Assembly (NCBI GenBank): GCA_963797235.1
Contig: CAWCOX010000008.1
Coordinates: 229,114-293,113, forward strand
Origin: an uncultured delta proteobacterium
Lineage (GTDB): Bacteria > Desulfobacterota > Desulfobaccia > Desulfobaccales > 0-14-0-80-60-11
Length of the DNA stretch: 64,000 bases
Reading direction: 5' to 3'
Shown here in pieces: positions 29,281 through 39,516 of the stretch. Position 1 is the stretch's first letter; every line of letters starts with the position of its first letter. The notes beneath the pieces are model-generated. The model saw only the letters and a program-made list of their open reading frames with translations, searched no databases and was not told the origin of the DNA. Both the position numbers and the translations under genes were made by a program.

Positions 29281-30747
29281 ATGGTTTCCAAGGAAAAAAA
29301 AATCGGGCGGCGGCCCCCGGCGGGACTCTTTACCCGTCTCCTGGACAGTCTCCGGGACATCTTCACCCTGGTGCTGGACGAAGAACGGCGCATCGTCTAC
29401 ACCAACGCCTCTTTCCTGGAGCACTTCGGCCTGAATTGGGAAGAGATCTACGGGCAGGACTGCCGCCATCTGGGAAGCCCTTTCATCGGGTACAGCGGCG
29501 AAGGGATGGGCTTTTGCCCCCTGGAACTCGGCCCCTATTTCCCGACCCGCCACACCCTCACCCGGGAAGTGGACGGGAAACCGTTAGTTTACGAAGGCAC
29601 CTTCTATCATCTGGTGGACGGCAATGAATCCACCTGGACGGTTTGCACCTTCCGGGACATCACCCAGATGTTTAACCTGGAGTCTCAGGTGCGTCAGTTG
29701 GACGAACTGGAGCGCATGCTGGTGCAGGCTTCCATGGACGGCATCATCGTCAACGACATGCTGGGCAATATTCTCATCTTTAATGAAGGCGCCTCCCGTA
29801 TCCTGGGCTACCGGCCGGAAGAGGTGGTTGGCAAGATGAAGGCCAGCGACTTTTATCCCGACAAGGGGGCCCATCAAATCAAACAGCTGATCTACTGCTC
29901 GAGCCACGGCGGGGTCGGCATCCTGGAAAATTATGAAACTGTGGGGCGGCACAAGGACGGGACCCTGGTGCCCATCTGGCAGTCGGCCCGCCTGCTCCGG
30001 AAAGACGGGCAGGAAATCGGCATCGTCGGTTATTTCCGGGACCTGCGGGAACGGAAGCGCCTGGAAGAGGAACTGGTGCGCAATGAGCGCCTGGCCACCC
30101 TGGGCAGGATGGTGGCCCATGTGAGCCACGAGATCAAAAATCCCCTGGCCGTCATCGGCGGCTTTGCCCAACAGTGTGAGCGCCAGGCGGACCTGCCTCC
30201 AGAAAACCGGCGGAAGCTGAAAATCATTCACCAGGAAGTGCAGCGCCTGGAGAAGTTTCTGGCCGATTTGGCCAGTTTCGGCCGCACCGCCCCCACCCAG
30301 AAGGTCCCCGGCGATATCCTGGCCCTCATCCAGGAGGTGACGGAGTTCATGCAGGGAGACTTTCAGGAAAAAGGGGTAGAAATCGTCTTCCAGGCACCGG
30401 GGAACCTGCCCCCGTTTCCCTTTGATCCCGGCCAGATTCGCCAGGTGCTCCTCAATCTCTTAAAGAATTCCCTGGAGGCCATGCCCCGGGGCGGGGTGAT
30501 CACCGTCAGCGCCACGGTCCGGGGCGATCACCTGGTCCTCACCATCCAAGACACCGGCCAGGGGATCCCGCCGGAGCACCTGCAATCACTGTTCACGCCA
30601 TTCTTCTCCACCAAGGAAGGGGGCACCGGCCTGGGTCTCACCATCTGCCGCGGCCTGATCGACCAGCACCAAGGGGAGATCGAATTCGCCAGCGAGGTAG
30701 ACCGCGGCACCACCTGCACCATTCGCCTGCCCCTGACCGCAGCCTGA
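29281..30747 (+). CDS. Cytoplasmic PAS-PAS sensor histidine kinase
   Basis: Two PAS domains; HEIKNPL, QVLLNLLKNS, DTGQGI, FFSTKEGGTGLGL. Confidence 0.92.
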   Translation: MVSKEKKIGRRPPAGLFTRLLDSLRDIFTLVLDEERRIVYTNASFLEHFGLNWEEIYGQDCRHLGSPFIGYSGEGMGFCPLELGPYFPTRHTLTREVDGKPLVYEGTFYHLVDGNESTWTVCTFRDITQMFNLESQVRQLDELERMLVQASMDGIIVNDMLGNILIFNEGASRILGYRPEEVVGKMKASDFYPDKGAHQIKQLIYCSSHGGVGILENYETVGRHKDGTLVPIWQSARLLRKDGQEIGIVGYFRDLRERKRLEEELVRNERLATLGRMVAHVSHEIKNPLAVIGGFAQQCERQADLPPENRRKLKIIHQEVQRLEKFLADLASFGRTAPTQKVPGDILALIQEVTEFMQGDFQEKGVEIVFQAPGNLPPFPFDPGQIRQVLLNLLKNSLEAMPRGGVITVSATVRGDHLVLTIQDTGQGIPPEHLQSLFTPFFSTKEGGTGLGLTICRGLIDQHQGEIEFASEVDRGTTCTIRLPLTAA

Positions 30748-30782
30748 ATACCAAGTTACAGCTCATGCCGGTAATTTTTCTC

Positions 30783-30841
30783 GTAGGGGCGGACCTATGT
30801 GTCCGTCCTGATTGAAGGCACACGCGCAGGTGCGCCCGTAC
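30783..30841. repeat. REP doublet (REPIN), GTAG family A
   Basis: GTAGGGGCGGACCTATGTGTCCG...CACACGCGCAGGTGCGCCCGTAC. Confidence 0.8.
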
Positions 30842-30957
30842 AGGAAGAAGCCGGCATAAAATCGTCCACCCCGGTTTGCCGCCCCAAATAATCTCTAAAG
30901 TTTTTTCGACAACTGCCGATTACAGATGCAGCATAAGCTTCCGAGCATTCTCGATCT

Positions 30958-31905
30958 GTGAGGACTACCTTGCCCGGCAACGAACAGCTGACAAAAGCGT
31001 CGCGCCAGAGGGCAGCCCGCGCCGCAGCCCTGACCCATGAGGCCGTGCAGCCGGCTGCGGCCCCTCCCGCGGTCCGAAGGCGGCCGCAGACTCCTCCTGA
31101 CTTCGGGATTCCCGAGTCTGTCCAGGTGGAGAATGTCCTGGACCGCTGTTTCCGCGAATTGGTCCGTTATTACCGCCACTCCTCCTGCGGCCAGCTCTCC
31201 CGGGGCCTCATCCACCAGATGAACAGCACCTTGCAAGTTATGTCCTTCCAATTGGAACTCCTGGAACAACGGTCCCAGGAGGAGACCCGGATTCTGGCGG
31301 AGGTTGCGAATCCCATCGGAGCAAAATTGCAGGTCTTGCAGCACTATCGGCTGCAAAAGACCAGCCAGTTTCGCCTGGAACTGGAAAATATCCGGGAACT
31401 GGCCCGCAATGTCATCCGGCAAGGGAGCTACGAGGAAGCAGAAGACCAGGTAGATATCGACTTGAATGAGCTTTGCCGCCTGGAACTTGACCTTTATGAG
31501 GCCCAGCCCTTTTTCAGGCATATGGTGGAGAAGCGCCTCCACTTCCAGGAGGGTTTGCCACTCCTCCGGGGACATTACCTTGACTTCAGCCAGAGTTTCC
31601 GCAACCTCCTGGAAAACGCCCTGGAAGCCATGGAAGACTCGGAGCGCCGCTGCCTGACGGTGAACACGGACCTGGAAGACGGCCGGCTGATTCTGCACGT
31701 GGGCGATACCGGACCGGGGATTCCTCCCAGGATCATGTCCCGGGTCTTCGAACCCTTCTTTACCACCAAGCGGGACCGGCCCCACGGGCGAGCCGGCTTG
31801 GGACTTTTTATGGCCCGGCGTCTGCTGGCCCCCTACGGCGGTGAGATTCGCCTGGACAGCGTCCCCGGCGAGACCTGGGTGACGGTGACCCTGCCGGCGG
31901 AATAG
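30958..31905 (+). CDS. Sensor-less histidine kinase (atypical H-box plus HATPase_c)
   Basis: GLIHQMNSTL, NLLENALEA, DTGPGI, FEPFFTTK, GLGL; start uncertain. Confidence 0.78.
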   Translation: MRTTLPGNEQLTKASRQRAARAAALTHEAVQPAAAPPAVRRRPQTPPDFGIPESVQVENVLDRCFRELVRYYRHSSCGQLSRGLIHQMNSTLQVMSFQLELLEQRSQEETRILAEVANPIGAKLQVLQHYRLQKTSQFRLELENIRELARNVIRQGSYEEAEDQVDIDLNELCRLELDLYEAQPFFRHMVEKRLHFQEGLPLLRGHYLDFSQSFRNLLENALEAMEDSERRCLTVNTDLEDGRLILHVGDTGPGIPPRIMSRVFEPFFTTKRDRPHGRAGLGLFMARRLLAPYGGEIRLDSVPGETWVTVTLPAE

Positions 31906-31957
31906 CGGTCAGGGGTCAGCTATCGGCAAAGGCCAAATCAAGGGGAGAGATTATTTA

Positions 31958-32085
31958 ATACCGAGTTGCGGTCGCAAAAAGTAATATGGTCATGCTGAGC
32001 GCAGCGCAGAATCTAGATTCTGCGCGGCGTGGCGGTCGTTCAGAATGACAGCGCCAATAGAACCGGTTGGAACGGAACTGGGTAT
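31958..32085. repeat. Nested inverted-repeat element (GTCATGCTGAGCG/CAGAATGAC REP-like core)
   Basis: Outer ATACCGAGTTGCG/CGGAACTGGGTAT; inner perfect palindrome GCGCAGAATCTAGATTCTGCGC. Confidence 0.7.
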
Positions 32086-32208
32086 AACAGTGACGATTTC
32101 TGTTGATTTGCTTAGAACCCAGCCGAAAATGCCCTGCCTATAACTTGGTCGACCTGGCAGCGCTGGAAGGGCTTGGCTTTTGCCAGAAGCTGAAAGCTGA
32201 CCGCTCTT

Positions 32209-33486
32209 TCACTGCGGGGCCGGCTTACGGTTGAGGTCCTTGGCCTGGAGGAAGATCTCCGCCGCCTGCCCAGCCTCAAAATACCTGGCCACCTTGCGCA
32301 GCCTCGTCAGCCGCTCCAGAGGCGGGGGGTGGGAATCGAGGAAATAATTGCCTTGAAAAGGATCATGAGATTGAGCCCCGGCCAGACGTTCCCAGATGGC
32401 TAACCCTTTATCGATGTCGTAGCCGGCCTGGAAGGCGTACCAGGCCCCATAGATATCCGCCTCCCGTTCGTCATCCTGGGAAAAGACGCTCTCCACCGCA
32501 TCCCCGGCCACCCGGCGGACATCCGGCGAAACCGTGGAGTGCCGCCAGTCCATGAGATGGTTGAGGGACAGGGTGCTGAAGGCGGTAAAGGCGGCCCCGA
32601 CAAATTTCCCCAATTCCTGCTGGCCGGCGCCGCGCACCAGGTGTCCCAGGGCTTGGTGAGCCAGCTCGTGACCTATGGTCAGGGCCAGTTCATCATCATT
32701 GAGGCAGAAATCTACGTAGCGTTTGGTCACGATGACCTTGCCGACGGCGGCGTAGGCATTGATCTGGGTGCTCTTGGTATCCACGAGAATGGCATATTCT
32801 GCCGGCAGATGTTGGGGGTAGAGAGTGCGGCGGAATTTCCGGTCCTCCCGCTGAATCATCAGCTCCACCGGGCCCGTGAGGTAGCGGCCCCGGGCTTCCA
32901 GGTCGATATGCTTTAAATCCAGCATCAGGGCCGGGAGCACCTCACCGGGGAGGCACATATAGACGTAATGCTGCAGCCTACGCGTGGAGCGCCGATATTT
33001 ATAGGTCGTCTCATAGGTTTCCGTCGGCACAAAGAAGAGGAAACTGCCGAAAATATTCCGCACCGCCTGGATATCCTGGTCCCAGGCCGCCGCTTCGGTG
33101 GGTATGGGCCAGTTATTGACGGCCAGAATAATATCGCCCTGTTTCAGGCCGACGTCGGCGGCGGGGGAAGGATGCCAGACCTGATCCACTGCGACCTTGC
33201 CGGTGGCGGTGACCCACCAGTTGAAGCCCAGGAAGGGATAGGTGCGGCCATGGACCTGGGGCAGGCAGGGCAGCAGACGGAGAAAGACCCGGGAGACCCG
33301 CTCCCCGGACCAGCTCTGGTAGGGATGCCGCCGGGCCGCGGCCAATTGCGCCTCCTCCTGCTCATGGTCGGAGGGATCGGGCCGGTTCACCTCGGCGCAG
33401 CCGGCCGAGAGCAAAACCAAAGTCGCCAGGCCGACCAGGATAAATCCCCAGACCCGGCCGGCTGGTTTTTTTTCGGGCTTCTTCAT
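32209..33486 (-). CDS. M48 family zinc metalloprotease lipoprotein with PDZ-like domain
   Basis: Lipobox SAGC; SPAADVGLKQGDIILAVN; INAYA, HELAH, EREAD, SHP...ERL. Confidence 0.85.
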   Translation of the reverse strand: MKKPEKKPAGRVWGFILVGLATLVLLSAGCAEVNRPDPSDHEQEEAQLAAARRHPYQSWSGERVSRVFLRLLPCLPQVHGRTYPFLGFNWWVTATGKVAVDQVWHPSPAADVGLKQGDIILAVNNWPIPTEAAAWDQDIQAVRNIFGSFLFFVPTETYETTYKYRRSTRRLQHYVYMCLPGEVLPALMLDLKHIDLEARGRYLTGPVELMIQREDRKFRRTLYPQHLPAEYAILVDTKSTQINAYAAVGKVIVTKRYVDFCLNDDELALTIGHELAHQALGHLVRGAGQQELGKFVGAAFTAFSTLSLNHLMDWRHSTVSPDVRRVAGDAVESVFSQDDEREADIYGAWYAFQAGYDIDKGLAIWERLAGAQSHDPFQGNYFLDSHPPPLERLTRLRKVARYFEAGQAAEIFLQAKDLNRKPAPQ

Positions 33487-33529
33487 AGCGTGAGACTTAG
33501 CCCAGGGGGGGTCGAGAACCGCCCCTGCC

Positions 33530-36500
33530 TCAGAATTTATATCTGAAAGAGACCCCGGCGGTCATGAGGCGGTAGTTGTCCACAAACTCCCGGAAATAGA
33601 AGATGTGCACGTCGGTATAAAAATTGGCGACAAATTCCCATTCCAGGGCGGCCATGCCCTGGAGGGCGGGGCCGAAGTCCCCGTGCTGGTTTACCCCCTG
33701 AACCGTGCCTTGCAGGATGAGGGTGGGGAGACGGTAGATCTGGCGGTCGAAGTCCAGCCCCAGGCCGAAGGCGTTATAGGCGTGGGGGCTGAAATAGGCT
33801 TGATGCTGCTGGCGGTAGGCCGCCAGGTAGTAGTGGGGGGTCAATTCCAGGTGCATCCGGGGTTCCCGGATCGCCTGCCAGGCCAGCCCCTGGTACAGGG
33901 TGAGGCGGCGGTTCTGGTCCGAGTAGAAGGCCCCGGCCACGGTGCCCCGCCAATCCAGGCCCGGCTGGAACTGATGGGTGTAAGCCAGGTCCGCCTGCTG
34001 GTAGGTGGTGATGCGGGCCTCCGGCAAATTCAAGATCGACTGGTAGAGGCGGGGATAGGCGTAGGGCTCCTGGTCGAAGATGTCCTGGCGGCTGTAGCGC
34101 AGGGTGGCGTCGGTCTTGGCCCCCAGGTTGAAGCCAACCTCCAAGGAGCCCAGCAGGCGGTTGCGGTCTTCCGTCGTGGTAAAATAGGCGTTTCGGTTAA
34201 CCCCGGTTATAGTCTTGGGGTTAATAAATACCGGCGGAAAAAATCCCGTCGTAAATCCCGGTATGGTGAACTGCCCTTGTTGCAGGACGGCAAAATCGTC
34301 CCGCCGCCAGTAGCGCCGCAAGATCAGATCGCCGCTGAGGCGCAGCCGGTCGTCCACCGACAGGGGACCCAGGCCCAGGGAGGCGTCGAGGCGGCGCAGA
34401 CGGCTGGCGACGTTGGTCTGCTGGGTATAGACCGGGTTCAGTCCCAGATTGAGCTGGCCCTGCTTGACCCAGCTCCGGTCCTGGTTGTATTCGCGGTATT
34501 CCATTCCCAGGTGCGCCGGCAGCATCTTGGTGATCCAGAAGCTGCCGGAGGTGCGCACCAGCCAGCCATAAAGCTGGTTGCTGTCGCTGAAATAGAGGGT
34601 TTCGGGCTGCACCACCGGCAGGACGTCGCCGACGAAGGCGGGCAGGTAGTTGCTCAGGCCCAGGCCACTGGGCTCCCGGCCGAAGCGGGAGAACTGCCAG
34701 GGCCGGGAGGCCTCCTCGGGCCGGCGCTCCCCCCGGGAATAGGGGAAGCCCCGGGAGGCCATCTCGGGCCGCATCTGCTGGCGAATGAACTCCAGTTCGT
34801 TCAGGAGCTCGATGTCCTGGGGGGCCTCCTTCAGAGCCACTTCGTAGGCCCGGTAGGCCGCGCCCCAATTTTTTCCGGCCCGGTCCCGGCGGGCCCGGGC
34901 CACCCGGGCCGCCTGGGAGTCGGGCTGGTCCTGGATGATCTGATCATAAAGCTCCCGGGCCTGCTGATCCCCCTGGCCCTCCAGGATCTGGGCCTTTTCC
35001 ATGAGATAGTCGGCCCGGGTGATCTGGCCTTCCAGGGGCGTCAGGGCCTGCAAAGCCTCCGGATAGTTGCGCTCGCTCCGGCAGGCCTGCACCAGGAGCC
35101 GCAGGTAGGCGACCCGATCCGGTGAGCCGGCGGGAATCCGCTCGCCCATGGCCTTGACCCCTTCGTATTGCCCCCGCATCAAGTAGATGCGGGCCATCTC
35201 CAGGGGGGCGGCCGGGTTATCTTTCTGGTTTTCCAGGTTACCCAGGGCCTGGGCCCAATCTTTTTGGGACACCTGGCACTGCAACAACAATTGGGCAATA
35301 TTGGGGTCGTGGGGCCTAAGCTTCTGGGACTGGCGATAATACTGGGCCGCGGCCTGGCGGTCGCCCACTTCGGTGGCCAGCCAGGCCAGCCCCAGGAGTT
35401 CCCCCGGAGAGTCCGGCTGTTTTTGCCGGCGATAGCCCTGGAGCACGTGCATCAGATAACTGAGTTTGCCGTCATGCCGCCCTAACTGGCCGTCAAAATA
35501 GGCCAGGGTCGTGCCAGGTCCGCCAGCGCCCCCCTGGGCTCCGGGGAGACGGTCCATTACATAATCCAGGTCCTCGTAGTGCGGCAGCCGGGGCAGCAGG
35601 GCGGTCATGATGAGCAGGGTAGGGTGGTGGTGCCGGTTTTTTTGCAGGTTGGCCAGCAGCAGGTCGCAGGTATGGCGCAGCTGCTTCGGGTCAGGGGAAT
35701 GAAAATAACACCGGGCTACCAGGGCGCGTTCGTCCACGTTCAAGTCGGCCAGGGGCTCCAGTTCCTTGGCGGCCAGTTGCAGGGCCTTGGCATAATCCTT
35801 GAGGGTCAGGTGAGCCTCGACGGCCGCCGCCACTGCCGCCCTGGCCCGGGGCTGCTCCTGGCGCAGGCGGTTGAGCAATTCCAGGGCCTCCGGGGCCCGC
35901 CCCAGGTAGGTCAGAACCTGGGCCTTCTCCAGGCGGGCCGTGCCGTCCTGGGTCTTCTGCGAAAGCAGATCATAACGCTCCAGGGCGCCCGGCAGGTCCC
36001 CCAGCCAGACCAGGAGCCGGGCCTGCTCCTGGAGCAGATGAGGCTCATCCGGGATGGGGCAGTCATGCAACTCCTGGGCCGCTTCGTCCCAGCGCCGGCC
36101 TTCCAGCAACAGGCTGACCCGGCGCAGGCGGAGGCCCAGATCGTCCTTGATCTTCAGGATCTCACCATACTCCTTCAGGGCTCCGTTCTGGCTTTCGGGT
36201 GTTTTGGTAAAAGAGAGGGCCTCGGCCAGTTGCCGGCGCACCTCGACATCCCCGGGGTTCTGCTCCAGGTAGGCCGTGAAGCATTGAGACGCCTGGCCCC
36301 AGTGTTTTTGGTAGAAGTTCAGCTGGCCGGCAAAGAGCATGACCTTGGAGTCCCTGGGGGTCTGGCGGCGCAGGGGCTGGATGGTTTCCAGGGCGTCACC
36401 GTAACGGTGGGCATAAGAATAGGTGAGGGCGCCTTCCCAGCGCAGCTCCCCCTTCAGGAGCTGCCGCCGCCCGGCCTCATCCCACATGGCCGCGGCCTGG

Positions 36501-37570
36501 TCGAAGTGGCCTTTCTGGGCCAGGAGCCGGGCCAGGTTGATGATGGTTTCCTGATGGGTGTCCCCGGCCTGCCAGGCGGCCTGGTAGGCCTTCAAGGCTC
36601 CCGGGAGATCGCCGATGAGCAGGAGTTCCAGACCGTACTGGCGGCGCAGGGCGTAGTCCGGGTTGGCCTGCATCAAGGGGGCCAGAACGCCCGCGGCTTC
36701 CGCATGGTTGCCCTTCCGGGCCCAGAGTCGGGCCAGGGCCAGGGCATATTCCTTCTCGCCCCGACTGCGGCTGTAGAGCCAGAGGTAATGGGCCAGGGCC
36801 TGGTCAAGCTGTTGGCCCGCCTCGGCAGTCTTCGCCGCCTCCAGGCGCAGGGAGGCGTCGTCGGCCGCCTTCTCCAGCAGGCGCTGATAAATCCCGCCAG
36901 CCGCCTGGTAGTCCCGCTGCCAGTAATGGAGCAGGGCCAATTGGTGTAAGGCCTCGGAGTTGTTGGGAAACTGGGCCGCCTCCTCTTCCTGGAGGGGAAT
37001 GGCCTCCGGGAAGCGGTTCAGGGAGATGAGTAACGCCACCAGTTGCCGCCGGACCAGCGGGTCTCGGGTCAACTGGTAGAGATGCTCGTAGCAGGTAATC
37101 GCCTGGGGCCGATCATAGTTCCCCTGGGCCGCCAGGGTCGCGGCCACCGCCAGCATTTCGGGGTCGTCGGGATTATCCTTGAGCCCCTCAGTCAGCAGAT
37201 CCAGGGCGGCCTGCCGGTCGCCCAGGAGATCCAGGGCCCGGGCCTGGAGGGTCAACGCCGGGGAAGACCTGGCGTCCTGAGGGCTGAGCTGGCGGCTGAG
37301 ATTCAGGGCCAGTTGCGGCTGCCCGGCCGCCAGATGGATCCGACCGAGTTCCAGAGCATATTGGGCATTCTTGGGTTCCCGGGCCATGGCTTTGCGGGCC
37401 AACTCCACGGCTTCGGAATAGTCTCCCCGCCGGGCCGCGTCCTGGGCCAGCCGCATCAAGGCGGGGGTGGAGCGCCAGAAATCATGATCCTGGTGCCAGA
37501 CCAGGACCAGGATCAAGGCTACGAAGCCCAGGGGGACCGCCCAGATCAGGTAACGCCACTTGCTAACCAT
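33530..37570 (-). CDS. Large TPR protein with C-terminal beta-barrel (PgaA/PelB/BcsC-like polysaccharide exporter)
   Basis: N-terminal hydrophobic helix, about 900 aa of TPR-like repeats, amphipathic strands, YFSP motif, terminal GVSFRYKF. Confidence 0.72.
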   Translation of the reverse strand: MVSKWRYLIWAVPLGFVALILVLVWHQDHDFWRSTPALMRLAQDAARRGDYSEAVELARKAMAREPKNAQYALELGRIHLAAGQPQLALNLSRQLSPQDARSSPALTLQARALDLLGDRQAALDLLTEGLKDNPDDPEMLAVAATLAAQGNYDRPQAITCYEHLYQLTRDPLVRRQLVALLISLNRFPEAIPLQEEEAAQFPNNSEALHQLALLHYWQRDYQAAGGIYQRLLEKAADDASLRLEAAKTAEAGQQLDQALAHYLWLYSRSRGEKEYALALARLWARKGNHAEAAGVLAPLMQANPDYALRRQYGLELLLIGDLPGALKAYQAAWQAGDTHQETIINLARLLAQKGHFDQAAAMWDEAGRRQLLKGELRWEGALTYSYAHRYGDALETIQPLRRQTPRDSKVMLFAGQLNFYQKHWGQASQCFTAYLEQNPGDVEVRRQLAEALSFTKTPESQNGALKEYGEILKIKDDLGLRLRRVSLLLEGRRWDEAAQELHDCPIPDEPHLLQEQARLLVWLGDLPGALERYDLLSQKTQDGTARLEKAQVLTYLGRAPEALELLNRLRQEQPRARAAVAAAVEAHLTLKDYAKALQLAAKELEPLADLNVDERALVARCYFHSPDPKQLRHTCDLLLANLQKNRHHHPTLLIMTALLPRLPHYEDLDYVMDRLPGAQGGAGGPGTTLAYFDGQLGRHDGKLSYLMHVLQGYRRQKQPDSPGELLGLAWLATEVGDRQAAAQYYRQSQKLRPHDPNIAQLLLQCQVSQKDWAQALGNLENQKDNPAAPLEMARIYLMRGQYEGVKAMGERIPAGSPDRVAYLRLLVQACRSERNYPEALQALTPLEGQITRADYLMEKAQILEGQGDQQARELYDQIIQDQPDSQAARVARARRDRAGKNWGAAYRAYEVALKEAPQDIELLNELEFIRQQMRPEMASRGFPYSRGERRPEEASRPWQFSRFGREPSGLGLSNYLPAFVGDVLPVVQPETLYFSDSNQLYGWLVRTSGSFWITKMLPAHLGMEYREYNQDRSWVKQGQLNLGLNPVYTQQTNVASRLRRLDASLGLGPLSVDDRLRLSGDLILRRYWRRDDFAVLQQGQFTIPGFTTGFFPPVFINPKTITGVNRNAYFTTTEDRNRLLGSLEVGFNLGAKTDATLRYSRQDIFDQEPYAYPRLYQSILNLPEARITTYQQADLAYTHQFQPGLDWRGTVAGAFYSDQNRRLTLYQGLAWQAIREPRMHLELTPHYYLAAYRQQHQAYFSPHAYNAFGLGLDFDRQIYRLPTLILQGTVQGVNQHGDFGPALQGMAALEWEFVANFYTDVHIFYFREFVDNYRLMTAGVSFRYKF

Positions 37571-39101
37571 AAACCTGCCTCGGATCCATGGCGGGACTCC
37601 ATTTGGGCTGGTCCAGCACCGCCACGACCAGGTCCCCCAAGATCCAAATGATGCCGGCCGAGAAGATGGAATTAAACAGGATCAGCTCGGGGAGGGCCCA
37701 ACCCTGGTACAGGGAGATGATGGGCAGGGTAAGGTGCAGGGTGATGAACCCGAGGTGGGGAGCCACCTCCCACCACCGGCCTTGGTCGGTTAAGAGCAAC
37801 CGGTTGTTGACCCGGTAAGAGGGTTTGCGCCCGGGGGGATGAAGCAGGGCCGAGACGATGGCCAGGGCATGCACCGGGAACAGGCTGCACAACATCTTGA
37901 ATTGCCTCAGAGGCTCTTTTTGGAAGAACAGGAAATAGAACATCAGGATGGTGGCCGCCAAATAAGCGAGGCGCAGCACCCCGTAAGGCAATTCATAGCC
38001 TTGCAGGAAGGAATAGCCCCGGAGATAAACAAGCAGCGGGACGGCGTAGAAGATGGGAAAGGCCAGGCCGCTGGCCAGATAGCTCAGCATGATGATGAGA
38101 AAATGTCGCTTTTGGCGCCAGGTCAGTCCCGGTTTCCACAGGGGGTTGTCCCAAAAGAAGAGACGCATGGTGTCCAGACACCATTGGAAACGCTGGCGGT
38201 AAACACCGGGCAAGGTGGCGGGGGCCAGCCCCCGGGACAGAACATAGGGGAAGTAAATGGACCGCCAGCCGCGGCTTAAGATCTCATAGGAGGTGGTAAA
38301 ATCCTCCACCAGGTTCCAGGTGGCAAAGCCACCCAGCTCCTCGAGGGCCTGCCGGCGATACACCACCCCGGAGCCACAGGAAATCACGGCATTGGCCTGA
38401 TCGTTGCTCAATTGCATGGTTTCGTAAAAGACCCGGTCGGCGTTGTAAAAAGGATCGCCTTCGGGGAGGAAGAAGGCCTGCCGGCTCTGCACATAGGCCA
38501 CCCGGTCCTGATTAAAGAAACCGACCAGCTTCTGCAGAATCTCCGGAGCCGGCACCTGATCGGCGTCCAGCACCAGGATCAATTCCCCTTGACTGTGCTG
38601 CAAGCCGAAATTGAGATTGCCGCTCTTGCAATCCTGCAAGGTGAGGCACGCCTCGAGCCTGGAAAGGTAATGAAAACCCAGGGACTCGGCCAGCATGGCC
38701 ACCTGCCGGGAGGCGCCATCATCCAGGACATAAACCTCCATGGGCTGGTAGGCGATACGTTGGACGGCCAACAGAGTGGTCCGGATGACTTCGAGGGGTT
38801 CCCCGCAGCAGGGGATAAAGACATCCACCGGCCATTGACGGTCAGGACTGAGACCCTCGGGTCGATGACCCCGCAGATGCCAGACATCGACGGCCATCAG
38901 GCCGAGCAACAGGAAGGAGAGGGTTTCCGCCGCCAGGAAGAGGAAATCCGGGATTCCCCGGTTCTTGAAGACCAACGGAGTTAGCCAGAGAAGGTAGGCG
39001 AAGCCCAAAACCAGGGTCAACAGGGAAAAGCCCAGGGCGCAACGGCGGCGGGGGCGGTCTGGGCGGTCCAGGAACCGTCTAGGCGGGAGGCGACCAATCA
39101 T
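37563..39101 (-). CDS. Processive GT2 glycosyltransferase, cellulose-synthase (BcsA)-like, no PilZ domain
   Basis: LDDG, KSGNLN, DAD, CGSG, VED, QRFQW; TM helices at both ends; 8-bp overlap with the TPR gene. Confidence 0.85.
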   Translation of the reverse strand: MIGRLPPRRFLDRPDRPRRRCALGFSLLTLVLGFAYLLWLTPLVFKNRGIPDFLFLAAETLSFLLLGLMAVDVWHLRGHRPEGLSPDRQWPVDVFIPCCGEPLEVIRTTLLAVQRIAYQPMEVYVLDDGASRQVAMLAESLGFHYLSRLEACLTLQDCKSGNLNFGLQHSQGELILVLDADQVPAPEILQKLVGFFNQDRVAYVQSRQAFFLPEGDPFYNADRVFYETMQLSNDQANAVISCGSGVVYRRQALEELGGFATWNLVEDFTTSYEILSRGWRSIYFPYVLSRGLAPATLPGVYRQRFQWCLDTMRLFFWDNPLWKPGLTWRQKRHFLIIMLSYLASGLAFPIFYAVPLLVYLRGYSFLQGYELPYGVLRLAYLAATILMFYFLFFQKEPLRQFKMLCSLFPVHALAIVSALLHPPGRKPSYRVNNRLLLTDQGRWWEVAPHLGFITLHLTLPIISLYQGWALPELILFNSIFSAGIIWILGDLVVAVLDQPKWSPAMDPRQVYG

Positions 39102-39190
39102 GTCGGCTCCAAACAGCGAATAGAGGGTTGCTTCCCATAGCCCCCCTTCCTTGGGGAGCCGTTCCCGGGCCAGTGAATCAGGCCGGCCCG

Positions 39191-39206
39191 GGCCATTTCT
39201 ATGCCA
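39191..39206 (-). promoter_or_regulatory. Candidate sigma54 -24/-12 promoter
   Basis: TGGCATAGAAATGGC (GG-N10-GC) about 90 bp upstream of the GT2 ATG, next to an AT-rich tract. Confidence 0.4.
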
Positions 39207-39516
39207 TGCTCGAATTTGAACAAAAGTTAATAAGGTTCGGGCTGCAATTTTTTACCAAGATATTTATAGTTTTGTAAAGGAATTTTATTATTTATTTAGA
39301 TTTAATTATGATTCATTAAGATTTTATTCACGAAATTCTCACAAAATCTTCAGGAGAATTTCATTGATGTCGCGCAGTGCCTAAGTCGGGAAGCAGGGAA
39401 GGGGGGTCAGGGGGGAAGAACTAACGGGAAGAGGGTGACGGCAGCAGGCAAGGTTGAAAAAATCAAGCTAACCAATTTCGGACCAGGAGACCAGATTTAT
39501 CTCGGGGTGGGGCCTC

